Assembly: GCA_964644695.1 (NCBI GenBank)
Contig: CAZXWN010000008.1
Location: forward strand, 1-64,000
Reading direction: 5' to 3'
Length of the DNA stretch: 64,000 nt
From: an uncultured bacterium
GTDB lineage: Bacteria; UBP4; UBA4092
How positions within the stretch are numbered: position 1 is the first letter of the stretch; each line of letters begins with the position of its first letter. Positions 51,145-59,550 of the stretch are shown piece by piece. The translations under genes were made by a program, and so were the position numbers. Below the pieces are notes generated by a model that was not told the origin of the DNA, ran no database searches, and saw only the letters and a program-made list of their open reading frames with translations.

Positions 51145-51365
51145 GACTCCCCGGTATCTCCCCTTTTTTTAATTTTATCTTTCTGTCATCGCAGATATTC
51201 TTTCCCTGATATTATCCTGTAAGCGAGTAGGTTTCCTGTTTATATTCTGTTTCATTATTTTTATTTTGTGACTGGATATTTTTTACAGATTGGGTACAAT
51301 ACATGACAGCCGATGGATTATATCTGACTGAGGGATAAACTTGTTTTAAACAGGGGGATATCACC

Positions 51366-52712
51366 ATTCATATAAAATTGATTCAACCAAGAATGAGTCT
51401 CCGGCCCATGGACACAGAGTTCAAACGCCGGATGTCACCCTCACTGGCATTGATGACTCTGGCCGCACTCACACCCCGGGACCATACGGTCACTCTGGCA
51501 GATGAGAATATCAAACCCGTTCACACGGACGATTCTCCCGACATGGTCGGTATTACCGTGAATGTGGATACTTCTCTGAGAGCTTACCAGATTGCCGCCC
51601 AATACCGGGCCCGGAAGATTCCCGTTGTTCTCGGAGGGATCCATGTCAGTGCCAACCCACAGGAAGCACAACCCCATGCGGATGCGCTTTGTATCGGGGA
51701 AGCGGATGAGTTGTGGCCGTCAATTTGTCAGGACACTCTTAATCATTGTTTGAAACCGGTTTACCAGGGAACACAGGCCGCCAACCCTGTCTCCATCCCC
51801 ATTCCCAAATGGGAAGTGATTGATTCCTCCCAATACCTTTACACCAACATTATTTGTTCCAGCCGGGGATGTCCTTTCCGGTGTGAATTTTGTTACAACA
51901 GTTGTGACTATGTTCATTCTGGAGTCCGAAACCGGCCCGTATCGGAAATCCTGAGAGAGATAGAAAAACTCGGGACTCGTCATGTCATGTTCATTGACGA
52001 TAATTTTATTGGGAATCTGGACTGGACCCGGGAATTTATGAGAGCTATCCAGTCCATGAATCTCACCTGGAATGCCGCGGTCAGTTCCAACATCATTCAT
52101 CATCCTGATGTGATGGATCAGATGCAACAGACAGGATGTCGGAGTTTGTTTATTGGATTTGAGTCTATCAATTCACAATCCATCGCCAGTGTCCAGAAAC
52201 ATCAAAACCATATCCAGAATTATGAGACCTTGATTCGTGAATTACATCAGCGGGATATCATGATCAATGCCAGTTTAGTTTTCGGATTTGATTATGATTA
52301 TCCGGATGTCTTCAAAAATACTCTGAACTGGCTGGTATCCAATAAAATCGAAACGGTCACAGCTCACATCCTGACACCCTACCCCGGAACAGCTTTGTAT
52401 AAAAAGTTTACCCATGAAGGCCGTATCGTTGACCATGACCCTACTCACTACAATACCGCCCATGTCGTTTATGAACCCAAAAACATGAGCCGGGAGGAAT
52501 TATATCGTGGGTATCTGTGGGTCTATAACCAGTTCTATTCCCTGAAAAATATCTATCGAAGATTACCGGACAGCCGTTCGCAGCGGATGCCCTACCTGAT
52601 GTTTAATCTGATGTATCGGAAGTTTGGACGGCTGACATCGCGTATCATGTCAGGAAGTTTAATGCAGAAGGCAGGAAGACTCGGCCGCCGGTTATCCTAC
52701 GGGATTGATTAA
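51366..52712 (+). CDS. Cobalamin-binding radical SAM protein (start ATT 51366 or TTG 51378)
   Basis: VVLGGIH, IGEA, SRGCPFRCEFC, FIDDNF, IGFES, TPYPGT. Confidence 0.9.
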   Translation: MHIKLIQPRMSLRPMDTEFKRRMSPSLALMTLAALTPRDHTVTLADENIKPVHTDDSPDMVGITVNVDTSLRAYQIAAQYRARKIPVVLGGIHVSANPQEAQPHADALCIGEADELWPSICQDTLNHCLKPVYQGTQAANPVSIPIPKWEVIDSSQYLYTNIICSSRGCPFRCEFCYNSCDYVHSGVRNRPVSEILREIEKLGTRHVMFIDDNFIGNLDWTREFMRAIQSMNLTWNAAVSSNIIHHPDVMDQMQQTGCRSLFIGFESINSQSIASVQKHQNHIQNYETLIRELHQRDIMINASLVFGFDYDYPDVFKNTLNWLVSNKIETVTAHILTPYPGTALYKKFTHEGRIVDHDPTHYNTAHVVYEPKNMSREELYRGYLWVYNQFYSLKNIYRRLPDSRSQRMPYLMFNLMYRKFGRLTSRIMSGSLMQKAGRLGRRLSYGID

Positions 52713-52778
52713 GTCTCTGAATAAAAATAAGAGGTCCCATGAGGATGGAACCTTTTATTTAATGTTTACTTTTGAAAA

Positions 52779-53957
52779 TCAGAACTTCGGTAATCCTGGA
52801 TTTACCGCCGGGACAATGGCAATCGTTTCCATTTCAATCAACCATCCCGGACGGCACACCGGAGCCACGATCGTTTCCAGAGGGATGTCTCCGAATCGTT
52901 GTTTAAGTTCCTGCCGCACTAATCCAAAATCACTCAAGTCCCGGACATAGACAATCAGGACTCCCATATCCTGAAGAGTTCCCCCGGCTTCCGTCAACAG
53001 GGCTTCCACATTCTCAAGAGTTCGGGCAAGTTGTTTCTGAATATCCCCGGGATACAGGATATTTCCCTTGGAATCAATACTGGCCGTTCCGGAGATAAAG
53101 ATATGTTTTCGGTCCTGGTATGATACAGCGGTTCCCCGTTCAAAGGTCACGCCATAGATATGGGTCGGACTTAAATAATCTGTTGCCGCCAGATACTGTA
53201 TCTGGTTGGGTTGAACACCAGAGATGGCATAGGCATCCATAATGACTTTGGCATTCACATCTGAATAAGTCCCCTCAATACCGGTACTGGCAATGAAATG
53301 CGTCTGAGGTGTCAGTCTCTGCTGGGCAAACAATTCTCTCCGAGCCACCACCAATCCCTGATAATTGGCGTCAATGTTCTGGACAAAAAACCAGGTCCGA
53401 ATAACATTCTCCGCCAGTGTCATGTCTCTGTATTGAAGTTGTTTCAGATAGTTTTCCAGGATACCCTGAGTCTGGTCATAAGACGTTTGACCGGACACAC
53501 AAGTCATTCCGGTTCTCCAGTAATGGGAATGAGAATCCCGTTTCAGAATAAGGGCTGTGTCTTCTTTGGTTTTCTCCAGTTGGGATTGCGGGTCATTGAT
53601 ATGATAAGCCCAGAGTGCCACTTTCACCGGAGGGACTGAGGGCTGACATATCCAGGAGACGGCACACAGTTCACCAATATTGTGAGGGTCGGAAAACGAA
53701 TGAGATTGCAGGATGCCGGCCTGGTTCATCAAGTCACTGCAGAAAAACCGCCGCAGGACTGCCGTTTCCTTCTGAAGACCCAATATCTCCAGAGTCTTCT
53801 GGTAAGCCTGATACACCCATTCCAGCTGGTCTTCCATTGAACCATATTCCACAGGCCGGATAATCAAGTGATATTCCTCTACCCCACTATCTCCACAAAA
53901 TCGGGAGATGTTCACCGTAGCAGGAATAGTCCCGCAATCTATTGTTTTGAAATCCAA
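52779..53957 (-). CDS. Rid/YjgF-like (endoribonuclease L-PSP/chorismatase-type) family protein
   Basis: RTWFFV, ASTGIEG, TFERG, FISGTASID..G, APVCRPGWLIEME. Confidence 0.8.
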   Translation of the reverse strand: MDFKTIDCGTIPATVNISRFCGDSGVEEYHLIIRPVEYGSMEDQLEWVYQAYQKTLEILGLQKETAVLRRFFCSDLMNQAGILQSHSFSDPHNIGELCAVSWICQPSVPPVKVALWAYHINDPQSQLEKTKEDTALILKRDSHSHYWRTGMTCVSGQTSYDQTQGILENYLKQLQYRDMTLAENVIRTWFFVQNIDANYQGLVVARRELFAQQRLTPQTHFIASTGIEGTYSDVNAKVIMDAYAISGVQPNQIQYLAATDYLSPTHIYGVTFERGTAVSYQDRKHIFISGTASIDSKGNILYPGDIQKQLARTLENVEALLTEAGGTLQDMGVLIVYVRDLSDFGLVRQELKQRFGDIPLETIVAPVCRPGWLIEMETIAIVPAVNPGLPKF

Positions 53958-53975
53958 TTCATAACTCCTGTTGAT

Positions 53976-56312
53976 TTACTTTTTATTGAGGGGCTGGATG
54001 ATTTCCATCGGGATTGCCGGTAACACACCCAAAGATACGGATTGTTTAGCCGCCGCTTTGGGGGCATTAGGTCGATTGACCGTTACCTCAGAAAACACAT
54101 CAATAATCAAATTATCCTGATATCCGGGTTTGAGTATCTTGGCATCTGAACCAATCGTGAAAGATAATTTACCCGGTACGACTTTGACATTTTTCAGTGA
54201 AATACCTTTAGGGGGTTCATTTAATTTCAATTGGAGATTTGGGGTCCGGGCTCTTGGAGGTAAAACAACTTCCACGGGAACAGCTCCTCCAGCCGGTATG
54301 TTTATCTTCCCAATGTCAGGAACAGGAAGATTCATCCACCGGCGGACATCTTTCAATGATACTGCCAGTTCTCTGGAGGGTACCAGATGATGATAGGCAA
54401 AAGCCTGCATCATGTCGTCTGAAGGAACTACCGGACGGATCACCTTCTGGCCATTGACCGAGGCACTCCCTTCCAATAGAAGATGCGTTACCGCCATATC
54501 CATCTGCCAGGGCGCTGTCATCGTCATTCGTATCTCATCCATCCCCGCAGGTATTTTGTTTCCACTCAGACGAAATCCCGAAGGCGCTCCCTTTAATCCA
54601 ATAGAGATATCCCCAGTGAACCCTTCTTTACGGATAGCATACACTTTAACGGGAATCGTTCTTCCCGGTGACAGATTGAGAGTGGAGGGTGTCATCCGCA
54701 GGGCAAAATCCGGACGGGGTGGACCAAATCGTAATCGGTACGCATACGCATCACCGCCCTGATTCTGAGCATCCCTCAAAGTAAGGTAATAAATTCCTTC
54801 GGCGGGTATTTTATACATCAGGAAAGAATCCGCATGATGCGTCAACATTCCATATTCCTTGTCCGGCCGGTCATCATTCCATTGCAGAACACTCCCGACA
54901 GAATTGGTTATCTGGACCCATGAGTCCAGAGGTGACTGGAGCCGCCGGGCCTGAACATCCACAACCAGGGTTTCCCCCGTTTTCCCGTCATATCGGAATA
55001 CATCAATATCCCCAGGTTGTGAGATTTTGCCATTCACAATCTGGGAGGAATAAACACGCTGTGCATTTTGAATCGTATTATTCGGTTCGGTTTCCAGGAA
55101 TTCCGGAAGGGTATCTACGGCATAACTGACGGGATTTGTTTTCAGCCCAGATTGCGTCAATGTCAGTTCCCGAATATTATCGGATCCCGGTTGAGTGTCT
55201 AGTTCAATTTGTCGTTGATTCAAATTCCATCCAGTAACCCAACTATAAGAGGATTTACCGGACCTGCCGCCCAGAGGAAACAGGCCAGTGACAAAAGGAG
55301 TCTTCCCCAAGGTGACCCGGTAAACGAAATCATCCCGCCCCCGATAAATCGCATCGCGAATTTCTAATTCATACTCTCCATCTTCAGGAACCCGATAAGA
55401 CAATATCGGGTCTGGATTAAATCGGAAATCATCCACATACGCCACTTCATCACCATTGGCATTAAACAGTGTCAGAGTCGCCTGGAACCAGCCGGGAACC
55501 GCATCCGCCAGATAAGGAATCAAGGTTCGGGCTTTTGTCTCCGCAACCAGGATATCCCCCTGTTTTGCTTCAAACCGGTATCGGTCCACATCACTATCTC
55601 GAATCTGTCCGTTAATCACAACAGGGAGAGTTAGAAAATCCATACGAGGTGCATTGGGGTCATTGGGTTCTTCTTCTCGTATTTCCGGAAAGGGTCCTAC
55701 CTCAAACCGTAGTGGATTGGTCATTCCTGTTTTTGTGGACAATCGAATTTCACGAGGTCCAGTATCGGCGTTCTTATCAATCGTTATTTCGAGAACAATT
55801 GTTTCTGCAATCGCTTCATTGGGTTGCAGCTGTCGTTTCGGATTCAAATATTCATCGGCGATTTGTTTAAGTTCCCGGGGAGATTTATTTTCCAAGTCCC
55901 GGAACATTGGATAATCCGGCAATTCCACCTTAAATTCTTTCTTGTTTGGATTATCATTCTTTGTCGTATCAACAGCTCTTAATGGTTGTTCCCGTTGAAT
56001 CGGAGCATTGGGAAACCGTCGTCCGCGTATCTCCTGCAGTTGTTTTGCCAGTTCCTGCCGCTGCATATTTGAGAGGGGCCGCAGATAAAGAAGGACTCTT
56101 CCTGTTACTCCCTCACCGGTCACATAGACTTCATCCACATCTTTTAAGGCTTGCCCGCCCACAGAAATAATCGAGACAGTGCCTTTCTGTCCACCGGCAG
56201 GAAAAACATATCCAATATGAGCTTGTTTCTGTTGCGCCTGTCCCCAGGCAAAAGGCAGAATCAGCAGTGTTACTGTCGCAATGAATAATTGTTTAAAAAA
56301 TGACATAATCAT
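53976..56312 (-). CDS. Secreted PPC-domain protein (Planctomycete-type)
   Basis: YVFPAGGQKG, two E.EPND/N motifs, DVDRYRF, YRLR. Confidence 0.8.
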   Translation of the reverse strand: MIMSFFKQLFIATVTLLILPFAWGQAQQKQAHIGYVFPAGGQKGTVSIISVGGQALKDVDEVYVTGEGVTGRVLLYLRPLSNMQRQELAKQLQEIRGRRFPNAPIQREQPLRAVDTTKNDNPNKKEFKVELPDYPMFRDLENKSPRELKQIADEYLNPKRQLQPNEAIAETIVLEITIDKNADTGPREIRLSTKTGMTNPLRFEVGPFPEIREEEPNDPNAPRMDFLTLPVVINGQIRDSDVDRYRFEAKQGDILVAETKARTLIPYLADAVPGWFQATLTLFNANGDEVAYVDDFRFNPDPILSYRVPEDGEYELEIRDAIYRGRDDFVYRVTLGKTPFVTGLFPLGGRSGKSSYSWVTGWNLNQRQIELDTQPGSDNIRELTLTQSGLKTNPVSYAVDTLPEFLETEPNNTIQNAQRVYSSQIVNGKISQPGDIDVFRYDGKTGETLVVDVQARRLQSPLDSWVQITNSVGSVLQWNDDRPDKEYGMLTHHADSFLMYKIPAEGIYYLTLRDAQNQGGDAYAYRLRFGPPRPDFALRMTPSTLNLSPGRTIPVKVYAIRKEGFTGDISIGLKGAPSGFRLSGNKIPAGMDEIRMTMTAPWQMDMAVTHLLLEGSASVNGQKVIRPVVPSDDMMQAFAYHHLVPSRELAVSLKDVRRWMNLPVPDIGKINIPAGGAVPVEVVLPPRARTPNLQLKLNEPPKGISLKNVKVVPGKLSFTIGSDAKILKPGYQDNLIIDVFSEVTVNRPNAPKAAAKQSVSLGVLPAIPMEIIQPLNKK

Positions 56313-56320
56313 CCATCCCC

Positions 56321-57679
56321 TTAGAGTGACATAATTTCTTTTAACCGGCCGCCGGACTTTATATCACTTCCCGGAAGAGGCAGGACCGTCACATCAAGTC
56401 CCTTATTGTTTGGTAATGGCCCGGCAGGATTAATCCCAAGAAGTTCATAGATACTACCTATCAAATCTACCGGATACACCGGCCGCTTCAATACTTCTTC
56501 ACCGCGGGCATCACTCTCTCCTACCACCAGACCACCCTTGAATCCACCGCCGGCCAACACCACGGAGAAACAATTCCCATAATGGCTACGGCCACCATTC
56601 CAGGGTTCTTCCCACAACACCTTGGGAGTCCGTCCAAACTCTCCACCGCACCAGACAATCGTACTGTCCAATAATCCATGGCTTTTCAAATCTTCCAGTA
56701 ATGTTGCCATTCCCTTATCCAGCTCAGGCAGCATTCTCCGCATGGTCTCGAAGTGCCGTTTGTGGGTGTCCCATCCGTTGTAGTTGATGGTGACATAAGG
56801 CACACCCAGTTCCACCAACCGCCGCGCCACCAGACAGGACTGTCCGAACTTGTTCCGTCCATACCGGTCTCTCAATTCATCTTTCTCTACGGACAGGTCA
56901 AACACCTTGGCACCATCACCCAGAATCAGGTTATAGGCATTTTCTTCCGCCCGGTCGAGTTGACCAAACCCGGGATTCCCTTTCAATAAACCACCGAGGG
57001 TATCCAGGTTATGAAGCAATTCTCTTCGGCTTTGCTGGCGCTCATCAGAGACACCTTCGGCTACGATACCGGATACTGCAAACCGTTTCTGATTCGGGTC
57101 TCCCCCTGTTGCAAACGGTTTATATTTCTGTCCCAGAAAACCCGATTCCGAGAATCGGCCCTGAGGTTGTGTTAACACGATATAGGGAGGAATGACTCCT
57201 TTGTAACCCTGGTCATACCCCTTAAAAACAGACACGACTGCACCTGCGGATGGATAGACTATCCTGTCCCCCGGTTTACGCCCTGTCTGCATGGCATAGG
57301 CGGCAGTTTCGTGCGCATTAATACCATGAGTCATACTTCGGATGATGGAATAGTCATTGGCATGCTGAGCCAGTTGTGGAAGGAGTTCCCCGATTTGGAT
57401 TCCGGGGATATTTGTTTCGATGGGATGATTGAGAGGTCCGCAATAATCGTATCCTGCAGACGGTTTAGGGTCAAAGGTATCCAGATAACTGGGACCACCC
57501 CATAACCAGATTTGAATCACGGATTTTGCTTTTGCATTTTTATTCAGTACGCCGGGAGAAGGGTCGGCTGCCCACACCTGAATCCCATAACGATTCAACA
57601 GGGTCATTGCCAGTGTCCCTGCACCCAGTTTCAAGATATCTCGCCGGGATAAGGCATTCAATAGATGTCTTTTTTTCAT
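56321..57679 (-). CDS. DUF1501 family protein with a Tat signal
   Basis: SRRDILK; GGPS.LDTFDPK; ARRLVE.GV; WDTH; GEFGRTP. Confidence 0.9.
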   Translation of the reverse strand: MKKRHLLNALSRRDILKLGAGTLAMTLLNRYGIQVWAADPSPGVLNKNAKAKSVIQIWLWGGPSYLDTFDPKPSAGYDYCGPLNHPIETNIPGIQIGELLPQLAQHANDYSIIRSMTHGINAHETAAYAMQTGRKPGDRIVYPSAGAVVSVFKGYDQGYKGVIPPYIVLTQPQGRFSESGFLGQKYKPFATGGDPNQKRFAVSGIVAEGVSDERQQSRRELLHNLDTLGGLLKGNPGFGQLDRAEENAYNLILGDGAKVFDLSVEKDELRDRYGRNKFGQSCLVARRLVELGVPYVTINYNGWDTHKRHFETMRRMLPELDKGMATLLEDLKSHGLLDSTIVWCGGEFGRTPKVLWEEPWNGGRSHYGNCFSVVLAGGGFKGGLVVGESDARGEEVLKRPVYPVDLIGSIYELLGINPAGPLPNNKGLDVTVLPLPGSDIKSGGRLKEIMSL

Positions 57680-57733
57680 ATCGTCCTCTTCTCCTGACAA
57701 TACAGAGTTCTTATCCGTGAAAATACTTCTTTA

Positions 57734-59299
57734 TTAATGTCGATACAGAAATTCCTTGGAGTTTATCAATACCCACACCAGGTCATCCGTTGCCTGTTTC
57801 TGGCCTAACCCTTTCGTTTTGTAATATGCCAGGACCGTCTTTAATTCTGAATCCGTAGGATATCGGGATAACAGGGTCAGATAAATCATTCGAATCAGTT
57901 CTTGATTATTGTTTTTATAAGTATTGAATAGTTTTCGGAGCGGGGGACTTTGCTCTATCTTCCTTTGAATCTCATTGGAGTTCAGAAGATAGAGCCGCTG
58001 TGAATCACTGGAATCGTTATTGCGTTCCGATTCAAGTCCACTGTCCCGCGGAGGCCGTCCAAACATTTCCAAAAACTGGCTGGTAATACTTCCATCTGAC
58101 AGGGAAATCGTACGCTGATAGGGGGGAGTATTGGTAAAAGGTTCCGGGACAGGACTACTGTACCCCTCACCGGTTCCTCCAATCGTGTTCAATGCATCCA
58201 CCAGAACTTCCGCTTCTAATCGACGCACCCCATAATTCCCAAACAGTTTCTCAGACTTGGTACTTTGTGTTTTGGGGATAGAAGAGGCCTGGTAGGTTCG
58301 TGAATTCAGGATGATCCGGTAGATATGTTTTAAGTCGTAGTTGGATTTCACAAACTCTTTCTCAAGGTAGGACAACAATGCCGGATTTACCGGGGGATTA
58401 TCCTTACGGATATCATCCGGGTCATGGATTATTCCCCGCCCCATAAGCCAATACCAAATCCGGTTCACAATGTTTTTACTGAACCAGGGATTATTAGGAG
58501 TAATCAACCAGTCGGCAAAGACTTTCCGGGGGTCCTGTTCAGGGAGTATCTTCACCTTTGTCCCATCAGGATAGCGAGTCTGTATGACACTGGCTGAAGA
58601 AAGGTCATGATAAACAATCTCTTCCTTCCATTCCGCTGTCCCCTTGTATCCGACCCGCGTAAAAAAGGATGCCATCTCCGATTGCTGAGCGGCCGGCATT
58701 TTTTCATATCGTGTTCCCATAAAAGTCAGAGCCACTGCCGCAGCAATGGCGGTTGAATCATGACTTTGAATGGCTCGATAAAAGTTCACCGGCGGAACTC
58801 GGAAGTTACTCCCACTGGAAGTCAGCATTTCCCGTACAAACACATCATAGTGTTTATTATTCCGCAGGGAGTCTCGTATCCATCTATGATAGGTTTGGAC
58901 TGCATTCGGCCAAAGATTGATGGGGAACTCCGCCTTTACTCGCAGCAAGTCACACCATTTCATTGACCAATATTCGGCATACTCTTTCCGGTTTAGGAGT
59001 TGGTCAATCAGAATAGACCGTTTGTCCGGTCTGCTGTCTTTCAAGAAAGAAACAACTTCCTCTGAAGTCGGGAGAGTCCCAATAACATCAATATAGACTC
59101 GTCGGATAAACACTTCGTCAGAACAAAGGTTGGCTTGTTGAACCCCTTCCCGTTTCAGTTGCCCATTAACGAGAATATCTATCAAGGTGGTTGAAGCAGT
59201 AATCCCTGACTTTTCATACGGTTTATTGACAGGAGATTCTGAAGCTATTCCATAACTTAGTGTGAGAACCAGTAATCCAATCAGTATCAGATACTTCAT
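57734..59299 (-). CDS. DUF1549/DUF1553 family protein
   Basis: FIRRVYIDVIGTLPT, W.DLLR, NRIW..LMGRGI, RRLEAEVL.D, W.LINSKEF. Confidence 0.9.
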   Translation of the reverse strand: MKYLILIGLLVLTLSYGIASESPVNKPYEKSGITASTTLIDILVNGQLKREGVQQANLCSDEVFIRRVYIDVIGTLPTSEEVVSFLKDSRPDKRSILIDQLLNRKEYAEYWSMKWCDLLRVKAEFPINLWPNAVQTYHRWIRDSLRNNKHYDVFVREMLTSSGSNFRVPPVNFYRAIQSHDSTAIAAAVALTFMGTRYEKMPAAQQSEMASFFTRVGYKGTAEWKEEIVYHDLSSASVIQTRYPDGTKVKILPEQDPRKVFADWLITPNNPWFSKNIVNRIWYWLMGRGIIHDPDDIRKDNPPVNPALLSYLEKEFVKSNYDLKHIYRIILNSRTYQASSIPKTQSTKSEKLFGNYGVRRLEAEVLVDALNTIGGTGEGYSSPVPEPFTNTPPYQRTISLSDGSITSQFLEMFGRPPRDSGLESERNNDSSDSQRLYLLNSNEIQRKIEQSPPLRKLFNTYKNNNQELIRMIYLTLLSRYPTDSELKTVLAYYKTKGLGQKQATDDLVWVLINSKEFLYRH

Positions 59300-59550
59300 A
59301 AAGGATTCCACCTTTGTTTTTCCGGTAATCCGTTCAGGAAACAATTTGTTACAGAACCACTCTCAAAACAGACCTGTTATTCATATACAATACTCAAAAA
59401 TTAAACCATCATCAGGTTCATCTATCCGGTTTGACGGATAGATTACCAAACTTGTTCCCTGACAATGTTCAATGATTCTCATTTCAACAATTTCAATAGA
59501 AACAAAAAAAGGGGCTTTATCTTCTAAAGCCCCTCGTAAACAATCTTTGT

